NCBI GenBank assembly: GCA_965205655.1
Contig: CBDBIJ010000110.1
Span: 46,623-110,622 of the forward strand
Length of the DNA stretch: 64,000 nt
Reading direction: 5' to 3'
Source of the DNA: Candidatus Latescibacterota bacterium
Lineage (GTDB): Bacteria; Latescibacterota; UBA2968; UBA8231
Position numbers and translations under genes: made by a program
Part shown: piece after piece, positions 37,340-46,534 of the stretch
Position numbering within the stretch: the stretch's first letter is position 1
Layout of the letters: each line of letters begins with the position of its first letter
The notes under the pieces: model-generated
Seen by the model: only the letters and a program-made list of their open reading frames with translations
What the model was told of the DNA's origin: nothing
Database searches by the model: none

Positions 37340-37381
37340 GAGAAAGCCCCGGAAAGCGTGCATCCATTTCCAGGGCTTCTC
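37340..37381. terminator. Hairpin downstream of tRNA-Val(GAC)
   Basis: GAGAAAGCCCCGGAAA...TTTCCAGGGCTTCTC imperfect inverted repeat. Confidence 0.45.
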
Positions 37382-37397
37382 GTGCGGATATTAAAAA

Positions 37398-37474
37398 TGG
37401 TGGGCGATACTAGATTTGAACTAGTGACCTCCTGCATGTCAAGCAGGCACTCTAACCAACTGAGCTAATCGCCC
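37398..37474 (-). tRNA. tRNA-Val(GAC)
   Basis: GGGCGATTAGCTCAGTTGG..., anticodon arm CCTGC-TTGACAT-GCAGG, CCA end. Confidence 0.96.
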
Positions 37475-37499
37475 GGCGCGAGAAAATCTATCCTCGCCG

Positions 37500-37961
37500 A
37501 TGACCAGGGTCAACAGCGTGCGTGCATCCTTGAAGATCTCCGTCGTCTCGTATCAGAAACACGCCCGCTCCGATTGCGAAGAGGCGGCGGCCGAGTACAT
37601 CAAACGAGTGAGCCCGCATGCGGAGATCGAGCTTCACTCGATTCGCAAATGGACCTCGGCGACAGGAGTGCCGGAGAAACTGCTGCAGAGGGGACGGCTG
37701 ATAGGTCTGTTCGTTGACGGAACTGCCTTTACGTCAGAAAACATGGCGCAGCGGCTGCAGGAGCTTATGAACAGCGGCCACTCCCGCCTCGTCTTCCTCA
37801 TCGGGGGTGCGGAGGGTATGCCAGAAAAGGCCGCGCAGCAGGTCCATGAGCGCTGGTCGCTGTCGAAGCTCACCTTTTCACATCAGATGGCCAAACTCAT
37901 TCTCCTCGAGGCTCTTTATCGCTCTTTCGATATCCTGCACGGGGGCAACTACCACAAATAG
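37500..37961 (+). CDS. rlmH: 23S rRNA (pseudouridine1915-N3)-methyltransferase
   Basis: SPOUT motifs FLIGGAEG, WSLSKLTFSHQMA.LILLE.LYR, G.NYHK. Confidence 0.9.
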   Translation: MTRVNSVRASLKISVVSYQKHARSDCEEAAAEYIKRVSPHAEIELHSIRKWTSATGVPEKLLQRGRLIGLFVDGTAFTSENMAQRLQELMNSGHSRLVFLIGGAEGMPEKAAQQVHERWSLSKLTFSHQMAKLILLEALYRSFDILHGGNYHK

Positions 37962-38018
37962 GCGTCGAGACTGAACGGTCGCGGCGTCTGAGGCCTCACC
38001 TGCAGCAGCTGTGAGGCC

Positions 38019-39194
38019 TCAGAAGTAGCTCAGAACCATCTCCCAGAGGCTCATTCGAGTCACTGCCTTCTCGGCGACGAGGTCGACCTGAGCGAGAATG
38101 CTGTCGCCGATGCTGACTTTCAGCAGGCCGAGCTTTTGACCCTTTTCGATTGGCGCGGGATGCTCGGCCGGCAGTTCGACGCTCCGCGTCAGCAGTTGCC
38201 GCTGCCGTGTCGTAAGTACGGCTATGACTGAATCTGAAGTGACCGCCGTGGCCTCCGGTTCCACGCCCCACTCCAACGCCACGTGCCCGAGGGGCTCGCC
38301 CGCTCGGACGAGATCGACTTTGGAAAAGTGGTTGAACCCCCAGATCAGTAACCGGGCACTTTCCCGATCGCGCGTCTTTTCGTTTGGACAGCCCATCATT
38401 GCGGAGATGAGGCGCATATCGCCCCGTCTGGCCGTAGCGACCAGACAGTAGCCGGCGCGCTCGGTGTATCCCGTTTTCAGTCCGTCGAGCCCCTGGAATC
38501 TGCCGAGAAGCTTGTTTCTGTTGTAGAGATCGAACTCGCCGTTGCGAAATGTCGTGTAGCGGACTGACGACCATGCGACAATGCGTTCGTGGTCGACAGC
38601 CGCACGGGCAATCATGGTGAGGTCACGCGCCGAGGAAAAGTTGCCGCTTGCCCTCGGTGTGTCGTCCAGTCCGTGGACGTTCACGCAGCGGGTGTTCTCG
38701 AGACCGAGGAGTTCGGCCTTGCTGTTCATCAGGTCAACGAATCCGTCCACCGAACCGCCTAGGTGCTCCGCCACGGCGACGCAGGCATCATTCGCGGACT
38801 GGATGACGATAGCCTCCATCATTTCGCCGAGCGTGAAGATCTCTCCGTGTCTCAGGTACACCTGCGATCCGCCGATTCGACTGGCCCACGCCGAGGTCAG
38901 CACGGAGTCCGACAGGGAATACCGCCCGTCGGCGACGGCGTCCATGACGACGAGTTGGAGAAGGAGTTTCTGAGTGCTGGCAGGCGAGCGACGGGCATCC
39001 GCATCGTGCTGAAAAAGGACGGACCCCATCTCGTCCTCGATCAGAATGGCAGAAGCGAACTTCGGATCGTCGCCCACCTTGAAGGTAACGGCGCCGAGGG
39101 GAGGCGGGGTTGAGAGCAGGCTACTGGAGATACCACACGCGGTGAGAAGAAGGCGGGCGTGGGTCTTGGCGGGGCAGTTCAACGATCGCGGCAC
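38019..39194 (-). CDS. D-alanyl-D-alanine carboxypeptidase (PBP5/DacA family, S11)
   Basis: SxxK PASTQK, SxN QSANDA, KTG DGLKTGYT, PBP5 C-terminal domain. Confidence 0.92.
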   Translation of the reverse strand: MPRSLNCPAKTHARLLLTACGISSSLLSTPPPLGAVTFKVGDDPKFASAILIEDEMGSVLFQHDADARRSPASTQKLLLQLVVMDAVADGRYSLSDSVLTSAWASRIGGSQVYLRHGEIFTLGEMMEAIVIQSANDACVAVAEHLGGSVDGFVDLMNSKAELLGLENTRCVNVHGLDDTPRASGNFSSARDLTMIARAAVDHERIVAWSSVRYTTFRNGEFDLYNRNKLLGRFQGLDGLKTGYTERAGYCLVATARRGDMRLISAMMGCPNEKTRDRESARLLIWGFNHFSKVDLVRAGEPLGHVALEWGVEPEATAVTSDSVIAVLTTRQRQLLTRSVELPAEHPAPIEKGQKLGLLKVSIGDSILAQVDLVAEKAVTRMSLWEMVLSYF

Positions 39195-39199
39195 CCGTG

Positions 39200-39793
39200 T
39201 CAGTTCAGTGACGGATCTTCGGGAATGAAAGACATGGGCGCGTATTTACCCCCGAGTGAGTGGAGGGCCTCGTGCCACACCTGGCCGGGCTCCTCCGAGA
39301 ACACCTGTTCCACATCGCCCGGGCAGAGCACCCACGCTCCTAGCGCGATCTCGGCTTCGAGCTGGCCCGGCGACCAGTCCGCGTATCCCAGATAGAACCG
39401 CAGCTGGGCTTTGTCCGAATCGGAGGCAGAGGTGTGCTCGCGCAGCGCGTCCAGGTCACCGCCGGCATAGAGTCCGTCACAAATCTGGGTGCTCTTCTCG
39501 CCGAGTTGGTCGACCCTGTGCAGAAAGATGAGCGACCCCGGATCTACTGGTCCCCCCTGAAAAAACATCCCGCTCAGTGTGCCTCCGCTCTCCTTAAGCC
39601 CCTTCGTAAGATTCTGCAGCTCATCGCTCGAATAGAGATTGGCACGCTCTCCCAGAGGCCTGTTGATGATGACGCCGAGGGTGTACTCGTCCGGCACGTG
39701 CTGCAACAGGAGAACGACGGTGCGGGTGAACGTTTCTTCCTCGAGGCCGAGCGAGGCGATGAGAAACGTTCCGGGCTCGAGTGCTGCGGGCAT
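39200..39793 (-). CDS. YqgE/AlgH (DUF179) family protein
   Basis: FLIAS..L...F.RTVVLL, GVIINRP, QGGPV, RFYLGYADW.PGQLE.EI..GAW, DPSLN. Confidence 0.92.
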   Translation of the reverse strand: MPAALEPGTFLIASLGLEEETFTRTVVLLLQHVPDEYTLGVIINRPLGERANLYSSDELQNLTKGLKESGGTLSGMFFQGGPVDPGSLIFLHRVDQLGEKSTQICDGLYAGGDLDALREHTSASDSDKAQLRFYLGYADWSPGQLEAEIALGAWVLCPGDVEQVFSEEPGQVWHEALHSLGGKYAPMSFIPEDPSLN

Positions 39794-39890
39794 GGGACTC
39801 CTCGATGGTTGAGACTCTGGCGGCCTTTCTGCGCGGGTGACGAAGATAAAGTACGCGTGCAGGCATTCAAAGAGGGGGCAACGTCTACTG

Positions 39891-41066
39891 TCAATAGAGT
39901 AGGTGCCTGCCGCGCAGGTCCATGAACGGCCGGCGCTCGGCCTCCCATTCGAGCGCCAGGTCGGCGACTTCCGCCCCCGCGTCGAGGGCCAACCGGATTC
40001 GGTCCGTTCCTGCGAGCTTGTCGAAATTGTGGATCCCCTCTTCGGGAATGCGCCAGGCAAAATGCTCCGGCCACCTGCGTTTTACGGCGGCCACCGCCTC
40101 GAAGCCGGTAGTCACCGGGAGGAAATTCGTCCGGTCGACAACGTGGAGCTGAGCGCCGCCACACGACTGGCCCTCGTACTTGCCGAAGGCAGGCACGAAC
40201 CGCACAGGACGAAAAGCAGCTCCGGGCAACAGCAGACTGTTCAGTTCGTCGGCGAGGCGGAATCCGTCAATGAATGGAGCTCCGACCTGCTCGAAGGGAC
40301 GCGCCGTGCCGCGTCCTTCGGAAATGTTTGTTCCCTCGAAGAAGCACATACCCGGATACACGACGGCAGTCTCTACACTGGGCATGTTTGGTGATGGCGG
40401 CACCCACTCGAGGTGAGTCTCCTCCCAGAAGCAGTCTCGCCTCCAGCCCGCCATTTCCACGACGTTGAGATCGGCCTCGACTCCGGCGTCTTCGTTCAAC
40501 AACCGGGCCAGCTCGCCCAGCGTCATGCCGTAGCGAACCGGGATTGGATGGATGCCGACAAAGGATGCGAACGCGGGATCGAGAACGTTACCCTCGACGG
40601 CCGCGCCGATCGGGTTCGGTCGATCGAGGATGACGAAGGGGATCGCTCTCTCAGCGCAGGCCTTCATGGCCAGATAGATGGTAGATACGTATGTGTAAAA
40701 GCGAACGCCCACATCCTGGATGTCGCAGACGACAACGTCGAGCTCTCGCAGCATGGCGTCGCCTGGCTGCCGCACCAGCCCGTAGAGGCTGTAGACGGGT
40801 ACTCCGGAACCCGCGTCGCGCTCGGTGTCGACCCTCACACCGTCCTCGGAATCACCCCGGAAGCCGTGCTCCGGTCCGAACAGCGCACGCAACTCCACGC
40901 CCGACGTGCGGTGCATTCGGTCGGCTGTCCGTTCCATGTTCGAATTCACACCGGATTGATTGGTAATGAGGCCCACCCGCTTTCCTTCTACCAAGTGGAA
41001 AACCTCATCGAAGAGCCGCTCGTTCCCCAGCTGTATCGGCACGCGAGAGAGGGGTGAGTGGTTCAA
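39891..41066 (-). CDS. Exo-beta-N-acetylmuramidase NamZ-like (DUF1343)
   Basis: VGLITNQSG, FGPEHG, DIQDVGVRFYTY, LDRPNPI, WVPPSPNMP, SEGRGT..PFE. Confidence 0.93.
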   Translation of the reverse strand: MNHSPLSRVPIQLGNERLFDEVFHLVEGKRVGLITNQSGVNSNMERTADRMHRTSGVELRALFGPEHGFRGDSEDGVRVDTERDAGSGVPVYSLYGLVRQPGDAMLRELDVVVCDIQDVGVRFYTYVSTIYLAMKACAERAIPFVILDRPNPIGAAVEGNVLDPAFASFVGIHPIPVRYGMTLGELARLLNEDAGVEADLNVVEMAGWRRDCFWEETHLEWVPPSPNMPSVETAVVYPGMCFFEGTNISEGRGTARPFEQVGAPFIDGFRLADELNSLLLPGAAFRPVRFVPAFGKYEGQSCGGAQLHVVDRTNFLPVTTGFEAVAAVKRRWPEHFAWRIPEEGIHNFDKLAGTDRIRLALDAGAEVADLALEWEAERRPFMDLRGRHLLY

Positions 41067-41999
41067 GGGTGATGCGAGGCAGTGCGCTCTACTCGCCGCA
41101 TGACAAAGGCGATGCCCCCGAGAAGGCTGGCGATGATTCCGGCTGCGTAGCCGAGCAGCGACATGGCCAATGCGGCGCTTTCAACCGATCCGATGGAGCT
41201 GAAAAGCTCCACCATGATGTTCTCTCTCACACCGAGGCCGCCGATGGAGATCGGCAGCGCCGCAATGACGGCGGCCACGGGTTGGAAGGCGACGAAGAAG
41301 ACGACTTTCACCTGTAGCCCGACGGCCAAACCCGCCGTCCAGTAAACGAGTATGCGGCAGAGCTGAACACCGAGTGAAACCGCCCAGGCGCAAACGAGCA
41401 GAGGGACTCGATGCCGGTATAGGACGATGCTGCGGCGCAGGCGAGAGACGAGCTCGGCGATAAAAGCTGGGAGCAAGGGAACGATGAGGCGGTCCTCCAG
41501 AAAGGTGCCGGCCCGCCGGCTCAATCCCATGGCCAACAGCAGGACGAGGCCGAGCCATACCGGAAACAGGGCGGTCACGAGCTGGGAATCCCTGACCTGG
41601 CAGACGCACACATAGGCTATCAGCGCCAGAGTGCAGGTTGAAAAAAGCCCGATGAATCGATCCACGAACGTCGCCGGTCAGACGTTTCACGTCGTAGATC
41701 CTGAGCGCGTCGCCGCCGATGTTGCCGAGCAGGACGTTGTTGAAGAACACGCCGATCCAGTAGAACACGAGACTCTGGCGAAAGCTGATCTTCAGCGTCT
41801 GACCCCGCAGCAGCAGGTGCCACTGGACAGCGCCGAGGGCGTTGCTGAGCGCGAAGAGCAGGACCGCCACGGCGAAGAGACCGATGTCGGTGGCGGCGAA
41901 GGCGTCGCCGAAGCCCTCGAGATCGGCCTTTGACAACAGGTACCACAGGAAACCGGCACTGACTGCGATCTTCAGTCCGACGTTCGCTGCGGCCCTCAT
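41063..41999 (-). pseudogene. Lysylphosphatidylglycerol-synthase TM domain / flippase-like protein (UPF0104), frameshifted near 41670
   Basis: N-half FFNNVL...IGGDALR and C-half DRFIG...LPISIGGLGVRE are in different frames, with residues apparently missing at the junction. May be an assembly artefact. Confidence 0.75.
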
Positions 42000-43039
42000 T
42001 GGGTCGCGTCCTTCCCCATGATCGAGACTGCCGTCCGCCTACGAAAGACAAAGTACTGGAGCAGAATGCTCCCGGCGTAGATGCCCTCCGTATTGCGATC
42101 AGCGCTGGCTCGCGCCAGGGCTCTGCTCGCCCGCCGGCGGCGGTGCAGATTGGCCGGATGAGTGAGAAACCATAGGAACGACGCCAGTGGCGCCGGTACC
42201 AACCTCCACGAACCGCTGGCGAGGTAGAGCACAGCCGACAGAAACTCCAAGCAGAGGCGGAGCGGCAGCAACCACACGAGTCGCGCTGCAGGCAGGTTCT
42301 TGTATAGCATGACCAGGTTGTTGCGGTGGTTGAGGTAGGACTTGGTGTAGCTATGAGACGGCAGCGAAAAACCCGAGTGGTGGATGACGACGGAGTTGGG
42401 CACCGCCATGATTCGGTAGCCTGCCAGACGCAGCCGCCAGCACAGATCGATCTCCTCGAAATGCATGAAGAAGCCGAGATCGAGCAGGCCGACCTCGCGC
42501 GCTGCCGCGACGCGCAGAAAGAGAGCGGAGCCGCAGGCCCAGAACAGAGGAACTGGCTCGTCGTACTGTCTTTCGTCGGCCTCGAGGTAATCGAAGACGC
42601 GCCCGCGACAGAAAGTGTAACCGAGGCGGTCGATATGGCCTCCGCCGGCACCGCTGTAGTCGAACATGCCTGTCTGACTGGCGGACAAAAGTTTAGGCTG
42701 GCACGCGGCGACCGTGGGGTCGGCCTCCGCCATCTCCACGAGCGGTCGCAGCCAGTCGGAGGTGACCCTCGTGTCGTCGTTGAGCAGCACGGCGTAGCGC
42801 GTTGACGTTTCGGCAAGGCCGCGGTTGCAAGCCTGACTGAAGCCGAGGTTGCGCTCATTTCTGATGACCTCTACCTCGGGGAACTGCTCTCGCGCGGCGC
42901 GAAGGCTCGGCGCATCAGGGCCATTGTCGACGACGATGACGCGGATGGGCGAGCCGCTGTGCTCGAAGAGGGATTCGAGGCAGTCGACGAGTATCTCGGC
43001 ACTCAGGTGAGGGATGATGATCGTGACGGGTTCGCTCAC
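41996..43039 (-). CDS. GT2-family glycosyltransferase
   Basis: IVVDNG, NLGFSQACN.G, LLNDDT, FWACGSA, FFMHFEEIDLCWR. Confidence 0.93.
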   Translation of the reverse strand: MSEPVTIIIPHLSAEILVDCLESLFEHSGSPIRVIVVDNGPDAPSLRAAREQFPEVEVIRNERNLGFSQACNRGLAETSTRYAVLLNDDTRVTSDWLRPLVEMAEADPTVAACQPKLLSASQTGMFDYSGAGGGHIDRLGYTFCRGRVFDYLEADERQYDEPVPLFWACGSALFLRVAAAREVGLLDLGFFMHFEEIDLCWRLRLAGYRIMAVPNSVVIHHSGFSLPSHSYTKSYLNHRNNLVMLYKNLPAARLVWLLPLRLCLEFLSAVLYLASGSWRLVPAPLASFLWFLTHPANLHRRRRASRALARASADRNTEGIYAGSILLQYFVFRRRTAVSIMGKDATQ

Positions 43040-45837
43040 AGGTCCCGCGTAGCGCTCTCGGTTGCGGCGGAGTCCTCCTCCACATCGAAGACGCCGTCTT
43101 TAGAGCCCTCTCGTTTCTGAACGGCGTTCATCAGGACTTGCTCGTCCCTGGCGGCCGAGTCGGTGGCACCGTACTCGGCCTGATAATCCCGGATCAGCTG
43201 AAGCGCGTCGTCCAGTTTGCCGCCGGCCTGCAGCGTAGCGGCCAGCTCGCGATAGGCGTCATAGCGCTCTGGCTCGCGAACGATGATGAGGCGATAGACG
43301 CGTTCGGCTCGATCGTACTCTCGATAGGTGCCCAAAAGGATGCTTCCCACCGCCAGCGCGTTTTCGTAGGTAGCCGAGGAGTGGTGTCCGTATGTGCTGA
43401 GCAACGCATCGCCGGCGCGTTCGAGAAACTCGGCGCCGATTGCGTGCGAGCCAGACTCCCGGTGGTGCTCGCTCGCGGAGTAGAAAATCTCCCAGCTGAG
43501 GGGGATGGTGTCGGATGCCCATCGAAAGAGGACGGCGAGATCGTCGGGGCGCTCTTCCGACTTGTATGCCTCCGCGAGGCTGAGGACACAGGCGCGGTAG
43601 TTCCCCAGGAGGCGCGTCGTGTTCTCGTCCTTGTAGATCTCCGGGTCGTTGATACCGCGAAAACGGTACACCTCGAACATGTTTCGCTCCAGAGCCTCCG
43701 TCGCCGCGCCCGTCACCTTTTCGGGGACCAGCTTCATCGTCATCCCCTGCATGCTGAGGTAGGGATCCAGGTCGACGCGATTGTTGCCTGCCACGGTGAT
43801 GGCGAAATGGATAGGGCGCTCCCAGGCGTTCCACCCCACGATGCCGATGACCATGACATCCTGCACCCGCAGCACGTCGTGTCCAGCGGACGCCGACACC
43901 TTTACGTCCAGTCCCAGCTCGGCAAACTCGAGCGGGGTTTTCGGGGTGGGCCAGGCCCTTTTGTAGAGGTCGACCATCTGGGTGTCGGTGAGGGTGGAAT
44001 CGATGTAGGAATCAGGCAGCCTGATCTCTACTTTCGGCTCGCGATCGCGCAGCTGTTTGATGTACCAGTTCGTGTTGAGCAGACTCAGGTTGACGACCCG
44101 AATGTCGCGCCGGATTCCCTCCACTTCCTGCAGGAACCAAAGTGGAAACGTGTCGTTGTCGCCGTTCGTGAACAGAAGGCTGTTCGGCTCACAGGTCTGC
44201 AACAGGTTGTAGGCGTAGTCGTAAGCGATATGGTCGCCGGTGCGGTCCTGGATGTGGTAGAGTTTGGCGCCGATTCCAACCGGCAGCGCGAGCCCGAGGC
44301 AGGCGACACCGATTGAGAGTGGCCGAGCCAGCGCCAGACTGGTGCGGGCGTATTCCACGAGACCTACCCACCCCAACCCCATCCACAGGGCGAAAGCGTA
44401 GAACATGCCTCCGAACACATAGTGCCGCTCTCGCGGCTGCGGGTCTTGCATGTTCAGGTAGAAGGACAGGCCGAACCCCATAACGATGAGGAGCGCAGCA
44501 AGAGCGGCGAAGCGGCGCCAGTCCTTGACCGCGTGCCAGATGAGTCCTCCTAATCCAAGGGCGTAGGGGATGAGTGAAACGGAGATGATGTGGGGTACGC
44601 TCTCGGTTGCCCAGCGGAACCCCACCTCCCGCGACAGCAGAGGGAAGGGGAACTGCTGAAAGAAGTACTTCATCTGCTGGTCCCACAACTGATACACCCG
44701 CGAGGCGCGTGGCTCGAGCATCGACAGGAGCATGCTTTCCGACCCGTACTGCTCGCGATTGAGAAATTTGACGAAAGCCGCCCAGGTCTCCGGATCGTTT
44801 TCGTCAATCGCCGGATTCAGGCCGGAGCGGATGAAGAGCGCCGTGTAGGTCGAGTAGCCGAGGGCGAACAAGACTCCCGCTCCCACAAGGATGGCCAGAG
44901 CCCGCTGGTCGGACTGGTAAAGATGGTAGGTGAGCCAGGCTCCGGCGCCGACCACGGCTATATTGGTCAGTCCGTCGGCATCGAAGAGGGCTTCGGCGAT
45001 GACGACGGCCGCACCGGCGCCCGTGAGCGCGATGACGGTGGGACGCAGGTCGTGATGGTTGACCCAGACATGGGCGTAGAAGACGATGGCAGCGGCCGCT
45101 GCCAGTCCGCCGATCAGCTGGGCTGACTCGGGATGACTCGCGAAGAAGGTGACGAAGAACAGTCCTTCGAGGCCGATGCCCACGGCCACCAGTACGAGAC
45201 GGCGCAACTTTTCGTCAGCGAACCAGACCAGGATAAGCAGGGCCGGGATGGTGAGCAGACACAGCATGTGGATGCCGCCGCCCAGGCCGAACAGGTAGGC
45301 CAGCAAAAAGAGCCAGCGATCCTCGAGGGCGCCGTGCTGCGTACCGTCCCAATAAACGATGAGCCAGACGCCGAGGGCTGCGAAGAGGATGGAATAACCG
45401 TATACCTCAGCTTCAGTGGCGTTGAACCAGTAGGTGTAAGAAACGGCCAGAGACAGGGATGCGACGACAGCTCCTAGGATGACGCTCACGTCGCGGTGGT
45501 CGCCGAACGGTTCGAGCGCCCGCCCTCCCAGGGTCCGTCTCGCCAGCGATACCGTCGTCAGGTAGGTACACCAGATTGCTATGGCAGACGACAACACGGA
45601 CATGAGCACGACGCGCCACGCCGGTTCACCGACGGGCAGTAGTGAAAAGAGTCTGCCCAACAGGACGTAGAGTGGCGCCCCGGGCGGATGCGGCACGCCG
45701 AGGATATAGGAGGACGCGATGAATTCACCCGTGTCCCAGAAGGACACGCCGGGCGCCATCGTTTTGAGGTAGAGCAGGAAAGTGAAGATGAAAACGCCGA
45801 TACCGACGTATCGATGCACCCTTACAATTGAAGCCAT
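43036..45837 (-). CDS. DUF2723 GT-C membrane glycosyltransferase (TMEM260-like), C-terminal TPRs
   Basis: SFWDTGEFI...GVPHPPGAP, ATEAEVY, NP.IDENDP, LNREQY, PRERHY, FTNGDNDTFPLW..QEVEG.R.D.RVVNLSLLNT.WY. Confidence 0.92.
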   Translation of the reverse strand: MASIVRVHRYVGIGVFIFTFLLYLKTMAPGVSFWDTGEFIASSYILGVPHPPGAPLYVLLGRLFSLLPVGEPAWRVVLMSVLSSAIAIWCTYLTTVSLARRTLGGRALEPFGDHRDVSVILGAVVASLSLAVSYTYWFNATEAEVYGYSILFAALGVWLIVYWDGTQHGALEDRWLFLLAYLFGLGGGIHMLCLLTIPALLILVWFADEKLRRLVLVAVGIGLEGLFFVTFFASHPESAQLIGGLAAAAAIVFYAHVWVNHHDLRPTVIALTGAGAAVVIAEALFDADGLTNIAVVGAGAWLTYHLYQSDQRALAILVGAGVLFALGYSTYTALFIRSGLNPAIDENDPETWAAFVKFLNREQYGSESMLLSMLEPRASRVYQLWDQQMKYFFQQFPFPLLSREVGFRWATESVPHIISVSLIPYALGLGGLIWHAVKDWRRFAALAALLIVMGFGLSFYLNMQDPQPRERHYVFGGMFYAFALWMGLGWVGLVEYARTSLALARPLSIGVACLGLALPVGIGAKLYHIQDRTGDHIAYDYAYNLLQTCEPNSLLFTNGDNDTFPLWFLQEVEGIRRDIRVVNLSLLNTNWYIKQLRDREPKVEIRLPDSYIDSTLTDTQMVDLYKRAWPTPKTPLEFAELGLDVKVSASAGHDVLRVQDVMVIGIVGWNAWERPIHFAITVAGNNRVDLDPYLSMQGMTMKLVPEKVTGAATEALERNMFEVYRFRGINDPEIYKDENTTRLLGNYRACVLSLAEAYKSEERPDDLAVLFRWASDTIPLSWEIFYSASEHHRESGSHAIGAEFLERAGDALLSTYGHHSSATYENALAVGSILLGTYREYDRAERVYRLIIVREPERYDAYRELAATLQAGGKLDDALQLIRDYQAEYGATDSAARDEQVLMNAVQKREGSKDGVFDVEEDSAATESATRDL

Positions 45838-45873
45838 AGATCTCCCAATATACCAATGCGGGAGTTTTTGCGG

Positions 45874-46530
45874 CTACTCATGCACGAGGTCTACAGAACC
45901 CCAGGTGCTCGGATCGTGTGCCAGATGGGGGTCGCGGCTCACCGACCACGACTGCGTACCGCAGTCGATGTCCCGGAGAACGTAGTTGAAGCCGAGTCGC
46001 TCGAACTCCCGCGGCTGAAATCCGTTCATCCCCTCCGCTGGAAGGGCGACTTCCATGCGATAGCTGCGCGTCAGGCGACGCAGGCCGACTCGAATCGACT
46101 CCTCCGGGCAGGGCGGCGCTTGCTCCCGTGCCTTGTCGATGGAGGTCTGTCTACCGATTGGACTCTTGCCGTCGCGGCCGCTACCGCCCGGCGTGAAGAA
46201 AAAGTGGTGACAAAATCTATTGGCCCGGTGGCTGTCTTTGACATCCCGCGTATCGATCCACAATTCGAGGCAGTCACCATGCCAGTAGTTCTTCGGATCG
46301 ATCTTGTAGTTCTTCTTCCGAGGCACTTCGACGGCGAAGTAGAGGCCGTCGTCGTTCCACCCCATGTAGACGTCGGCGAAGCTCGCCTGACCTTCAACTC
46401 CCATGAGATCGGGAATGCGGAAGGAGTCGTCCCAGTCGCGCAGATTGCCATCGACAACAGGGGCGGCTTCCCGGTATCGACAACGGAACGAGAAACTGAA
46501 AAAGGCGCGCTGCGGAACGCTGAGGTTCAC
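45874..46530 (-). CDS. CBM9-like/DOMON sugar-binding domain protein (no signal peptide)
   Basis: PVVDGNL.DW, V..GWNDDGLYFAV.V, GDCLELWIDT, Y.MEV.LP, LGFNY...D, P.TWG. Confidence 0.75.
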   Translation of the reverse strand: MNLSVPQRAFFSFSFRCRYREAAPVVDGNLRDWDDSFRIPDLMGVEGQASFADVYMGWNDDGLYFAVEVPRKKNYKIDPKNYWHGDCLELWIDTRDVKDSHRANRFCHHFFFTPGGSGRDGKSPIGRQTSIDKAREQAPPCPEESIRVGLRRLTRSYRMEVALPAEGMNGFQPREFERLGFNYVLRDIDCGTQSWSVSRDPHLAHDPSTWGSVDLVHE

Positions 46531-46534
46531 GTCT

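Noticed and set aside
19073..37474. Genomic island bounded by tRNA-Val direct repeats
   Set aside because: Both copies are complete tRNAs with different anticodons, the enclosed genes are core (dnaG, rho, prfA, recA), and there is no integrase.
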